Positions 30,227 to 39,933 of a stretch of DNA of 64,000 nucleotides are shown in pieces. Numbering within the stretch: position 1 is the stretch's first letter; each line of letters opens with the position of its first letter. The notes beneath the pieces are model-generated. The model did no database searches, had not been told where the DNA came from, and saw nothing but the letters and a program-made list of their open reading frames with translations. Made by a program: the position numbers and the translations under genes. This DNA comes from Gammaproteobacteria bacterium (GTDB lineage: Bacteria; Pseudomonadota; Gammaproteobacteria; Eutrophobiales; Eutrophobiaceae), in assembly GCA_965243205.1 (NCBI GenBank), contig CBDEUK010000002.1, positions 704,001-768,000 of the forward strand. Direction: 5' to 3'.

Positions 30227-33200
30227 TTAGAACTCTTCCCATTCATCATCACCACCAGCCGAAGCTACTTTCTTCGGTGCTGCACTTGGTGCTGGAGCTT
30301 GAGTTTGGTTAGTTGAAGGTGCGTTATTCCAAGGACGATTTTCAGAACGTCTCTCTTCGTTTTGAAAAGATTCATCATGAGACTCTAAACTAGCACCCGT
30401 TTCACCAACGTTAAATTGAGATACTAATCGGCTTAAACTTGTTGATTGTTCTGACATCGCTTGGCTAGCTGCTGCTGCCTCTTCAACCAATGCGGCGTTT
30501 TGTTGCGTCATGTTATCCATTTCACCAACCGCTTTATTGATTTGTTCAATACCAACGTATTGTTCTTCACCTGCTGCGGCAATTTCAGCAATGATATCGC
30601 TCACTTTCTTAACTGAATTAACAATCTCTTCTAGAGTTTGTCCAGACTCGTCCACTAATCTAGAACCTTCCTCTACTTTATCAACACTATCATTAATCAG
30701 AGTTTTAATTTCTTTTGCCGCCGCTGCACTGCGTTGTGCTAGGTTTCTAACTTCAGAAGCCACAACCGCAAAACCACGACCTTGTTCACCCGCACGTGCC
30801 GCTTCAACTGCAGCGTTTAATGCAAGCAAGTTAGTTTGGAAAGCTATCTCATCAATTACTCCGATAATATCGGCGATTTTCTTACTTGAAGTATTGATTT
30901 CACTCATCGCAGAGACTGCGTTATTAACAACACTGCCGCCTTTTTCTGCTGTTTCTCTAGCATTCGTTGCTAATTGATTGGCTTGTTTCGCATTATCGGC
31001 ATTTTGCTTAACGGTACCGGTCATTTCTTCAACAGTAGAAGCGGTTTCTTCTAATGCCGAAGCTTGTTGTTCCGTACGTGCGCTTAAGTCTGTATTGCCT
31101 TGTGCAATTTCTTTGGCTGATGAATTAATATTGCTCGAAGAATTACGGATGTTATTCACCATATCGAATAATTTTTCTGTCGAGGTATTAACTGCATCTT
31201 TCATCGTTGCAAACTGACCGTGATATTCACCATCCATAGATTGGGTTAAATCGCCTGATGCTAATGCTTCCATAACGCGTGTGCTTTCGTTTAATGGAGC
31301 AACTACCGATTCAATTAGAGAATTGATCGAATTTGCAAGTATTTTCATGAAACCTTCATAATTATCAGGATTCAATCTTTGTCCAAGATCACCCTTACCA
31401 GCCGCTTCAATCAAGTTAGCAATCGCACGTTCAGCTGTTTTCTGTTCGGTAATATCACGCCATTCAACCATGTTTCCAGCATAGTTACCTTCATCATCAA
31501 CAATAGCCGTCGCGTTTACAGAAAAATCTAATGGGCCTACTGTAATATCAGCTTTTGCTGGTAGTCTATTCATATCGGCCAATAAACGACGTTGATGTGA
31601 TGGGTCTTTATGAAATTGATCGATGTTTTGACCAACGAGATTATCGACATCTAAACCGCCCCAAATACTGCGTAATTCTGTTTGACGATTACGCAACATT
31701 TCAATAACAGCAGGATTTGCATAAGTAATATTTAAATCAGAATCACAAATCATAAGATTGGCTTCTGCACCATTAACAGCAGATTGTAAACGCGCTACCT
31801 CAACTTCTCTTTGACGAGCATCTGTCACGTCCTGCCATTCCAAGGTATTACCAATGTAATTACCATCCAAATCGATTTGTGCTGATACCGTTAACGAAAA
31901 CTTCAATCCATTGATTTCGATATCGGTTTGATATGGTAGGTTATTTGGATCGCTTAATAATTTGCGTTGATGTTCTGGGTTCTTATGGAACATATCAATA
32001 CATGCACCCATCACTTTACTTGCATCAAAGCTTGGCCATTGCTCACGGAATTTATCTTCATACTTCTTCAATAAATCAACCGTCGCATCATTGGCATAAG
32101 TGATCTCGAAATCACGATTGATCATGATCACAGGGCTTTGAGCACCATCGATTGCAACCTGTAAACGTGCTGCTTCAAGTTCTTTCTTGCGAACATCGGT
32201 CACGTCCTGCCATTCCAAGGTATTACCAATGTAATTACCGTCCAAATCAATTTGCGCAGAGACCGTTAACGCAAACTTCAATCCATTGATTTCAATATCA
32301 GTTTGATACGGTAGGTTATTTGGATCACTTAATAACTTACGTTGATGTTCTGGATTCTTATGGAACATATCAATGCATGTTCCCATCACTTTGCTCGCAT
32401 CAAAGCCTGGCCATTTTTCACGAAATTTATCTTCATACTTCTTCAATAAATCGACCGTCGCATCATTAGCATATGTGATCTCGAAATCACGATTGATCAT
32501 GATCACAGGGCTTTGAGCACCATCGATTGCAACCTGTAAACGCGCTGCTTCAAGTTCTTTCTTGCGAAGATCAGTTACATCTTGCCACTCTAAGGTGTTA
32601 CCAATGTAATTACCATCCAAATCAATTTGTGCAGAAACAGTTAATGAAAACTTCAATCCATTGATTTCAATGTCGGTTTGATACGGTAAATTATTTGGGT
32701 CACTTAATAATTTACGTTGATGTTCTGGGTTTTTATGGAACATATCAATACAAACACCCATCACTTTACTCGCATCAAAGCTTGGCCATTGCTCACGGAA
32801 TTTATCTTCATACTTTTTAAGTAATTCTATTGTTGATCCATTAGCATAAGTAATCTCGAAATCACGATTGATCATGATCATTGGGCTTTGAGCGCCATCG
32901 ACTGATGCTTGTAAACGAGAAGCTGCTAATTTCTCAGCGCGTAACTCTGTCCCATCGGTTGCATATTTGACGACTTTAAATGGCTTGCCATCCGAATCAA
33001 ACATTGGGTTATAACTGGCATTCAACCAAACCTCTTCGCCTTTTTTATTGAATCGTCGATACTGACCTGATTCAGCTTCGCCTGAAGCAAGACGATCCCA
33101 AAAATCTTTGTATTCAGCACTTTGAGCATATTCTGGATCAACAAACATACGATGATGCTTACCTTGAATTTCTTCTAAACTGTAACCAGTTGTGTCTAGA

Positions 33201-34615
33201 AAATTTTGATTTGCTATGATAATGGTTCCGTCAAGATTAAACTCAATGACTGCTTGAGCTTTACTAATTGCTTCGAGTTTGCCAGAAAAATCTGCATTTT
33301 CAGCTCTTAGCTTTTTAAGCTCTTGTTCCATTTCTTCGACATCACTGTTCTCAACGTTATTTACGTTTTCTTCGCTCATCGTATTTACCTCCGGTGGGTG
33401 TTCATATGCCTCGAGCATTATTTTTGAAACTTTAGTTAATGCTTGAGCCCAAGCATCGTGTATTTGATTCGTCCATGCTTCACCACAGATATCTTGAAGC
33501 ACATTAATTAATGATTCTCTAATTGCAGGGTAATGTGTTTCTACTGCCCCATAACTTTGATACAACTTTCCTAATTCTCGAATAACTTCTATAGAGTCTT
33601 GAGAATTTGGGTCAGATGTATTCACCATACCAACTACATCCATTAATTTTTGTTTTTTCCCTGTTACATAAACATCACCAAATAAATCTTTTAATTCGGG
33701 ATGTTTTTCAAATAAAACTTCATGAAATCGGTCTACTATAATTTCTTTTTGTGCCAATATTTTTTCAAATCCGTCTTCAAGTATTTCATCTTCCTTATCA
33801 TTGTCATTAACACTTGAATCCAAAGACCCTATTTCTGTTTCTACTTGTTCTTCTACTGATTCCATCTGCTCTTCTAGAGCTTCTATTTGTTGCTCATCTT
33901 CAACTGAACCTTCTTCATCCAATAATGGCTCCTCTATTTCAGGCTCATCATTTTGTTCTTCTACTGATTCCATCTGCTCTTCTAGAGCTTCTACTTGTTG
34001 CTCTTCTTCAGCTGCATCTTCTTCATTCAACAATGGCTCTTCTATTGCAGGCTCATCATTTTGTTCTTCTACTGATTCTGTCTGTTCTTCTAAAGCTTCT
34101 ATTTTTTGCTCTTCTTCTAGTGAATCTTCTTCATTCAACATCGACTCTTCTATTTCAGAGTTATCATCTTCAACAATATTGTTATTTTCGATAACTTCTT
34201 TTGATTCATCTTGATTCATCAATTCAATTAAATTGTCGAACGTTATTTTCCAAGCGTCATTAATAGAATCATCATAGTGATCACCCAATAATTCTTGTAT
34301 CGTTTGAAGAAATATCGATTTAATCGCTTGAGCGTGTTCGTTGGTGAATCTAAAGAATGAATATTTTTCCGATATGGACTGTAATTGTTCTTTTATAATA
34401 TCTTTATCACGAATATTCGATATGACTGTATCGATTAGGCCAATAAACTGATGGTTTCTTTCAGCGACATCCATTGTATAAAATATGGATTCGAACTCAG
34501 GATGTTGTTCATATAATTTACTAAATAACACAGACGACAAATCATCTAAGCCTTCTGAAATTATCATAAAGCTAGATTCTATGACATCAAGTTCTGTATT
34601 ATCTTCATTCCACAT
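30227..34615 (-). CDS. Soluble Aer2/McpB-like chemoreceptor: 2 globin domains, acidic repeats, 5 PAS, HAMP, MA domain, C-terminal pentapeptide
   Basis: No TM; globin motifs [16 protein letters not shown] and HYPAI...AW; PAS motifs FHKNPEHQ...LEW; [34 protein letters not shown]; ends EWEEF. Confidence 0.92.
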   Translation of the reverse strand: MWNEDNTELDVIESSFMIISEGLDDLSSVLFSKLYEQHPEFESIFYTMDVAERNHQFIGLIDTVISNIRDKDIIKEQLQSISEKYSFFRFTNEHAQAIKSIFLQTIQELLGDHYDDSINDAWKITFDNLIELMNQDESKEVIENNNIVEDDNSEIEESMLNEEDSLEEEQKIEALEEQTESVEEQNDEPAIEEPLLNEEDAAEEEQQVEALEEQMESVEEQNDEPEIEEPLLDEEGSVEDEQQIEALEEQMESVEEQVETEIGSLDSSVNDNDKEDEILEDGFEKILAQKEIIVDRFHEVLFEKHPELKDLFGDVYVTGKKQKLMDVVGMVNTSDPNSQDSIEVIRELGKLYQSYGAVETHYPAIRESLINVLQDICGEAWTNQIHDAWAQALTKVSKIMLEAYEHPPEVNTMSEENVNNVENSDVEEMEQELKKLRAENADFSGKLEAISKAQAVIEFNLDGTIIIANQNFLDTTGYSLEEIQGKHHRMFVDPEYAQSAEYKDFWDRLASGEAESGQYRRFNKKGEEVWLNASYNPMFDSDGKPFKVVKYATDGTELRAEKLAASRLQASVDGAQSPMIMINRDFEITYANGSTIELLKKYEDKFREQWPSFDASKVMGVCIDMFHKNPEHQRKLLSDPNNLPYQTDIEINGLKFSLTVSAQIDLDGNYIGNTLEWQDVTDLRKKELEAARLQVAIDGAQSPVIMINRDFEITYANDATVDLLKKYEDKFREKWPGFDASKVMGTCIDMFHKNPEHQRKLLSDPNNLPYQTDIEINGLKFALTVSAQIDLDGNYIGNTLEWQDVTDVRKKELEAARLQVAIDGAQSPVIMINRDFEITYANDATVDLLKKYEDKFREQWPSFDASKVMGACIDMFHKNPEHQRKLLSDPNNLPYQTDIEINGLKFSLTVSAQIDLDGNYIGNTLEWQDVTDARQREVEVARLQSAVNGAEANLMICDSDLNITYANPAVIEMLRNRQTELRSIWGGLDVDNLVGQNIDQFHKDPSHQRRLLADMNRLPAKADITVGPLDFSVNATAIVDDEGNYAGNMVEWRDITEQKTAERAIANLIEAAGKGDLGQRLNPDNYEGFMKILANSINSLIESVVAPLNESTRVMEALASGDLTQSMDGEYHGQFATMKDAVNTSTEKLFDMVNNIRNSSSNINSSAKEIAQGNTDLSARTEQQASALEETASTVEEMTGTVKQNADNAKQANQLATNARETAEKGGSVVNNAVSAMSEINTSSKKIADIIGVIDEIAFQTNLLALNAAVEAARAGEQGRGFAVVASEVRNLAQRSAAAAKEIKTLINDSVDKVEEGSRLVDESGQTLEEIVNSVKKVSDIIAEIAAAGEEQYVGIEQINKAVGEMDNMTQQNAALVEEAAAASQAMSEQSTSLSRLVSQFNVGETGASLESHDESFQNEERRSENRPWNNAPSTNQTQAPAPSAAPKKVASAGGDDEWEEF
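31820..32945 (-). repeat. Three near-identical 375-bp (125-aa) tandem PAS-domain repeats; ends approximate
   Basis: Equivalent positions recur at 31826, 32201 and 32576; protein units nearly identical. Confidence 0.92.
33830..34155 (-). repeat. Three 108-bp (36-aa) Glu-rich tandem repeats between the two globin domains; ends approximate
   Basis: TTGTTCTTCTACTGATTC recurs at 33845, 33953 and 34061. Confidence 0.9.
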
Positions 34616-34632
34616 CGTTTATCTCTCGAATA

Positions 34633-35157
34633 TTAGTGTTCTAATTGTGAACCGATAACTTCAACATCTACCAGTTGATCGATGTCTAATAAGATCAACA
34701 TTTTTTCATCGACGGTTGCTAAACCTTTTATAAATTGAGTATCAATCGCACCGCCAAAATCTGGAGCATCTTTTAACTCATCGTTGCCAACGTTATAAAC
34801 TTCCGAAACTGCATCAACAACAAAACCCATTGTTCTTTCACCTTTATGTGAATGCACATTCAGAACCACAACCACTGTCATGTTGTTGTATTCTGCTTTT
34901 TCCATATTAAATCGAACTCGCAAATCAATAATTGGCACAATCGTGCCTCTTAAATTGATAACGCCTTGAATATATTCTGGCGTATTAGGTATTTCAGTTG
35001 CCGCATCCCAACCTTTTATTTCCTGGACTCGTAAAATATCCACACCATATTCTTCACCAGATAAAATAAATGTTAAAAATTGATTACCATCGCCATTCAT
35101 TTGTTCATCGATACTTATTTCATTAGACTGTTCTTGATTCATTGTTTCGAAAGTCAT
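34633..35157 (-). CDS. cheW: Chemotaxis coupling protein (start 35157)
   Basis: FLTF..EEYGVDILRVQEI, GVINLRG, VDAVSEV; GAGGT RBS before ATG 35157. Confidence 0.96.
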   Translation of the reverse strand: MTFETMNQEQSNEISIDEQMNGDGNQFLTFILSGEEYGVDILRVQEIKGWDAATEIPNTPEYIQGVINLRGTIVPIIDLRVRFNMEKAEYNNMTVVVVLNVHSHKGERTMGFVVDAVSEVYNVGNDELKDAPDFGGAIDTQFIKGLATVDEKMLILLDIDQLVDVEVIGSQLEH

Positions 35158-35164
35158 AGGCACC

Positions 35165-37234
35165 TCACGCGGCTTTAAATTCTGATTCAAATCGATTGTT
35201 AACTTGAGTACTTTTTTTGGTTAGATGCAATGTGCCTGCGATATCAAGTATCATTGCCACAGTGCCATCACCTAAAATTGTCGCTCCTGATATTCCATCT
35301 ACTCTTTGATAATTAGTTTCTAAACTTTTAATAACAACTTGTTGTTGCGATAATAAATCATCTACAAAAATTCCTGCTTTTTGTCCTTCAGACTCCACTA
35401 TTACTAATAGCCCATCTTCAAGGTCTGATGGATCTCCATTAAGATTAAATACCTCACGTAAACGAACAATCGGAATGTAATCTTCTCGAACTCTGTATAA
35501 TTCGCCTTTACCCGGAAGGATATTTAGATTTTTATTTTGTATCTGTATTGACTCAATAATTGAAACTAACGGTATGATATAAATTTGATTGGAAACTTTG
35601 ACCAATTGACCATCTAATATGGCTAACGTTAATGGCAAGCGAATTCTAAATGTACTTCCCTTTCCTTCCTCGGATTCAACTTCGACAATACCACCTAAGT
35701 CTTTAATGTTTCTTCTAACAACATCCATACCTACACCGCGTCCTGAAACATCACTGACTTCCTTAGCTGTAGAGAAACCCGGCATAAATATTAATTCATT
35801 AATTTTCTCATCTGGTACAACTTCATTTTCACCAACTAGTCCATTTTCTTTAGCTTTAGCAAGAATTCGTTCTTTATTTAATCCGGCACCATCATCATTA
35901 ATTTCTATAACGATATTCCCGCCTTCATGAAATGCATTTAAATGTAATAACCCAGTTTCTGGCTTACCAGCTTTCACCCGATCTTCAGGCATTTCAATTC
36001 CATGATCCAAAGAATTTCTAACTAAATGCACCAACGGATCACCAATTTTTTCCATGACGGTTTTATCTAACTCTGTTTGTTCACCTGAGAGTTTCAAATC
36101 AATTTTTTTATTGAGTTTATTGCTTAAATCTCTTACCAATCTAGGAAAGCGATTAAATGAGAAACTAATTGGCAACATACGAATTTGTAAAACATTTTCT
36201 TGTAGCTCTCTGGTATTCCTTTCTAACAAGGCCAATCCATCTTTTAATTTTTCTACGTCTAACTGTTCTGCATTTTCATCAGAACCAAATTGGCTGAGCA
36301 TAGACTGCGTTATAACCAACTCACCAACCATATTGATCAATGTATCGATTTTATCTATTCCAACACGAATAGACGTTGATTCAGAGCTTGATTTTTTTTC
36401 TTTTGCTGATGCTGCTGGAGTTTCAGGAGTTTTTTTATTCTGATTGGATTGAGTTACTGTGTCAGATTGATTTGAACTTTCAGTTTCTTTAGATTCAGCA
36501 TTAGTTGTGCCTTCATTTGATAGAATAGGGATAATTTCAAGTTCACAATCCCCATCAACCCATTCAAATATTTCAACAATTTTTTCTTTTTCAACATTAA
36601 CCTTTAATGTCATGTGCCAGGATAAATAACATGTCTCAAAATCAAATGACTCAAACGATGGTAATTTATCGTCATTGACTTCGACATCTAATTCACCTAA
36701 CTCGGATAATTCTTTAATTAACCTTAAAGGATCATTACCCGTTAAAAACATATTCTCAAACGGAATAAAATCGATTGTCCATCCTTCTATATTTTCTGAT
36801 GCAGCATCATTGTCTGATGAACCTTTAGAATCGGATGAACTATCATTATTGGATAACAATTCTTCTAATTTGGATTGCAATGATTGAGTCGCTTCAACAT
36901 CTAACTCATCTGAATCTCTAGTTGCAGTTAACATATTTCTCAATACATCAACAGATTGCAATAAGAGTTCAATAGCCTCTTTACTTACCATGCGATCGCC
37001 TGCGCGCATTTCATCTAGTAAAGTTTCTAATACATGAGTGAAGTTTGCTATCTCAGTAAAACCAAACGTACCGCTACCACCCTTTATGGAATGTGCGGCA
37101 CGAAAAATTGTATTGATTGTCTCAACGTCTGGCTCACCGACATTTAAATCCAATAAGCCAGTTTCCATATCATCAAGACCTTCAAAGCTTTCTTCGAAGA
37201 AAACCTCATGAAATTGCGACATATCTACTGACAT
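35165..37234 (-). CDS. cheA: Chemotaxis histidine kinase
   Basis: FRAAHSIKGG, HLVRNSLDHG, DDGAG, SGRGVGMD, LPLTLAI. Confidence 0.98.
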   Translation of the reverse strand: MSVDMSQFHEVFFEESFEGLDDMETGLLDLNVGEPDVETINTIFRAAHSIKGGSGTFGFTEIANFTHVLETLLDEMRAGDRMVSKEAIELLLQSVDVLRNMLTATRDSDELDVEATQSLQSKLEELLSNNDSSSDSKGSSDNDAASENIEGWTIDFIPFENMFLTGNDPLRLIKELSELGELDVEVNDDKLPSFESFDFETCYLSWHMTLKVNVEKEKIVEIFEWVDGDCELEIIPILSNEGTTNAESKETESSNQSDTVTQSNQNKKTPETPAASAKEKKSSSESTSIRVGIDKIDTLINMVGELVITQSMLSQFGSDENAEQLDVEKLKDGLALLERNTRELQENVLQIRMLPISFSFNRFPRLVRDLSNKLNKKIDLKLSGEQTELDKTVMEKIGDPLVHLVRNSLDHGIEMPEDRVKAGKPETGLLHLNAFHEGGNIVIEINDDGAGLNKERILAKAKENGLVGENEVVPDEKINELIFMPGFSTAKEVSDVSGRGVGMDVVRRNIKDLGGIVEVESEEGKGSTFRIRLPLTLAILDGQLVKVSNQIYIIPLVSIIESIQIQNKNLNILPGKGELYRVREDYIPIVRLREVFNLNGDPSDLEDGLLVIVESEGQKAGIFVDDLLSQQQVVIKSLETNYQRVDGISGATILGDGTVAMILDIAGTLHLTKKSTQVNNRFESEFKAA

Positions 37235-37285
37235 CGATAGAATCCTTTTTATTTATTACGTTTAAACAAAACTAATCTTTCTGAA

Positions 37286-37648
37286 TTAACCCAATACCTT
37301 TTTAATGGTTGCGATTAATTGATCAGGGTTAAATGGTTTGACAAGCCAGCCTGTAGCACCTGCAGCCTTGCCTTGTGCTTTTTTATCACCCGCTGATTCT
37401 GTGGTTAACATCAGCATTGGTACATGTTTATAGTTAGGTAGCTTTCTTAATTCTTGTATTAATGTGATCCCATCCATAATCGGCATATTGACATCCGTTA
37501 ATACTAAATCTGGGCTGCTAGATTGAGCTTTAGTTAAAGCATCCTGACCATCATTTGCTTCGATCACATCATATCCAGCACCTTTTAAAGTAAAACTCAC
37601 CATTTGGCGCATTGATGCGGAATCATCTACGGCTAATACTGTTGCCAT
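37286..37648 (-). CDS. cheY: CheY-type response regulator
   Basis: VDDSASMR, TDVNMP, LTTES, KPF. Confidence 0.95.
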   Translation of the reverse strand: MATVLAVDDSASMRQMVSFTLKGAGYDVIEANDGQDALTKAQSSSPDLVLTDVNMPIMDGITLIQELRKLPNYKHVPMLMLTTESAGDKKAQGKAAGATGWLVKPFNPDQLIATIKKVLG

Positions 37649-37691
37649 GCGAAATATCTCCTATATAAAGTTATTACCAATCGGTAATCTT

Positions 37692-37718
37692 TTATCGACT
37701 TGGAAACCACTCTCTTGA
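37692..37718 (-). promoter_or_regulatory. Sigma28 (FliA) promoter of the che operon
   Basis: TCAAG-N14-GTCGATAA on the minus strand, about 45 nt upstream of cheY. Confidence 0.75.
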
Positions 37719-37949
37719 GTTTTTTTTCAAAATTGGCATGTCGTTTTAGTTGGATGAAATATCAAACAAAAATAGGACTTATTTGATGAGTTATGTATTA
37801 AATACTGAAAATATATGCACACAACGAAGATATTTCGTAACTTATTGATATAATTAAGTTATTTTGAATATGGTTTTGGCTTATGAACGATTTTTATACG
37901 CAATATTTAAAAATCGTCGATTAGCAGTATCTGTGTATAATAGCGCCCC

Positions 37950-38600
37950 ATGAAAAATCCCTTAGTCAAAACCCTTTTTATAATCGTCATACTCATCGCT
38001 TTCAGCGCTGGTTTTGGCATTTATTCTTCGAGCTATTATCAAAATAAAGCCAATCAAACCGTATCCATCCCAGGTTTTCTTTGGCCGAATCCAAAGCAAT
38101 TAAGAGCATTTGAAACCATTAACCAAAACGGTGAAATATTTGGCTTAGATAATCTAATAGGCAATTGGTCTTTTTTATTTTTTGGTTTTACTCATTGCCC
38201 TGATGTATGTCCTATTAGTCTGGCTGTATTAAATGAAGTTGATTCCATCATCCAAAAAAACGGCGCTGATACACCAATACAAACAATATTCGTTACTGTC
38301 GATCCTGAACGAGATACAACGGAAGTTCTTAAGCAGTATATTGAATACTACAATAAAGACTTTATTGCGCTTGGAGGCAACAAAGAACAAGTTGATAGTA
38401 TCGCCCGACAAATTGGTGTTGCTTATGGAAAATCACAAATAGAATCTGATACAAAATATCAAGTCGACCACAGTGCTTCTATCTTTTTAGTCGACCCTAA
38501 AGGTCGCTTTGTTGGCGTTTTCTCTTCTCCACATGAAGTACAGCCTATTCTTGAACAATTTAATTCCATTCGAACTTATCTAGATAAACAATCTCAATGA
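37950..38600 (+). CDS. SCO1/SenC copper chaperone
   Basis: FGFTHCPDVCP, VTVDPERD, VDHS. Confidence 0.95.
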   Translation: MKNPLVKTLFIIVILIAFSAGFGIYSSSYYQNKANQTVSIPGFLWPNPKQLRAFETINQNGEIFGLDNLIGNWSFLFFGFTHCPDVCPISLAVLNEVDSIIQKNGADTPIQTIFVTVDPERDTTEVLKQYIEYYNKDFIALGGNKEQVDSIARQIGVAYGKSQIESDTKYQVDHSASIFLVDPKGRFVGVFSSPHEVQPILEQFNSIRTYLDKQSQ

Positions 38601-39058
38601 ATATAGTAAAAATAATCTCTGTTTATTTATTTTCTTTTTGTTTCTGTCAAAATGTATTCTGCGAATCCAAAATTTCCATAGAAGATTTATGGATCAATGA
38701 AGCGCCGCCTAATATGACAGTATTAGCAGCTTATGGGGCGATTCATAACAACACTGATTCTGATTTAATATTAGAAAAAATTGAAAGTTCTCAATTCGAA
38801 ACCATAGAAATTCATACAATAATCATCAAAGATGATATATCAAAAATGTTGAAGCAAGATAACTTCTCGGTAAAAAAAGGAGCCCATGCTAAATTTTCTC
38901 CAGGTGGTATGCACATCATGCTTTATGAGCCTAAAACGCCTGTAAAAAAAGGAGATAGTTTTGATTTTATCTTTTATTTTTCAGACGGCAGTCAAGTGCA
39001 AACCAAAGCCATTGTAAAAAAGCTATCTGAAACTTCTAATCACCATCATCATCATTAA
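38597..39058 (+). CDS. PCuAC periplasmic copper chaperone
   Basis: EIH...M...PGGMHIML, C-terminal HHHHH. Confidence 0.92.
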   Translation: MNIVKIISVYLFSFCFCQNVFCESKISIEDLWINEAPPNMTVLAAYGAIHNNTDSDLILEKIESSQFETIEIHTIIIKDDISKMLKQDNFSVKKGAHAKFSPGGMHIMLYEPKTPVKKGDSFDFIFYFSDGSQVQTKAIVKKLSETSNHHHHH

Positions 39059-39075
39059 ACATAAACGTTGTTAAT

Positions 39076-39933
39076 ATGTTGCATTTGTTAAAAGTACTGC
39101 CTCAATATATCGTTCCTCAGCATGGTCTTACTAGCATTGTTTATCGTCTAACACGCATTCGTCAAAGAGCCATAAAAAATTTCTTAATACAGCGTTTCAC
39201 CAAACTGTTTTCTCTTGATCTCAATGATTATGTTCGTCAAAAACCTGAAGAATTTGATAGCTTTAATGACTTTTTTACTCGCGAATTAAAGCCGGATGCT
39301 CGTCCCAGAGATAATAGCGTCGATATTATTTCCCCTGTTGATGGTTTTGTAAGTGAATTCGGAATTATGCAAGAAAACCGCTTAATTCAAGCTAAAGGTA
39401 AAGATTATTCATTGCATGATCTTTTAGCTAATGAAAAAGAATTAATCAGTAAATATGAAAATGGCTTTTTCAGTACTTTATATTTATCACCTAGAAATTA
39501 TCACCGCATTCATATGCCTGATGATGGAATATTACGCAATGTTATCCATGTACCAGGAAAACTATTCGGTGTAGGAAAAAGCACGACAAATACTGTCAAT
39601 AATTTATTTGCTCGTAATGAAAGAGTGATTTTAGATTTTGATACCGAATACGGTTCAATGAGTTTGGTAATGATTGGCGCTATTTTTGTTGGCAGTATGG
39701 AAACAATATGGCAAGGACAGATCACGCCTTCAAAACAAAGACAAATTCAAAAATGGCAATCTGATTTAAATTCTGAAAACGCTCAACAAAAGATTGGAAA
39801 TGAAATCGCGCGTTTCAATATGGGTTCAACAGTTATTTTATTGTTTAGTAAAGATTCTATCAATTGGATTGATGACTTGAAGACAGGTATGCCAATTAAA
39901 ATGGGCCAAGGTTTGGCCAAATATAAAAATTAA
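39076..39933 (+). CDS. psd: Phosphatidylserine decarboxylase proenzyme
   Basis: FNDFFTR, SPVDG, YLSPRNYHRIHMP, NER, FNMGSTV cleavage motif. Confidence 0.96.
   Translation: MLHLLKVLPQYIVPQHGLTSIVYRLTRIRQRAIKNFLIQRFTKLFSLDLNDYVRQKPEEFDSFNDFFTRELKPDARPRDNSVDIISPVDGFVSEFGIMQENRLIQAKGKDYSLHDLLANEKELISKYENGFFSTLYLSPRNYHRIHMPDDGILRNVIHVPGKLFGVGKSTTNTVNNLFARNERVILDFDTEYGSMSLVMIGAIFVGSMETIWQGQITPSKQRQIQKWQSDLNSENAQQKIGNEIARFNMGSTVILLFSKDSINWIDDLKTGMPIKMGQGLAKYKN

Noticed and set aside
30510-31217. Plus-strand ORFs of 155 and 79 aa
   Set aside because: Antisense shadows of the conserved MCP signalling domain.
31820-34155. Regular repeats as a possible CRISPR array
   Set aside because: Periods of 375 and 108 bp are in-frame coding repeats without unique spacers, and there are no cas genes.
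33801-34214. Ser/Cys-rich and Leu-rich plus-strand ORFs
   Set aside because: Antisense shadows of the Glu-rich repeats in the chemoreceptor.
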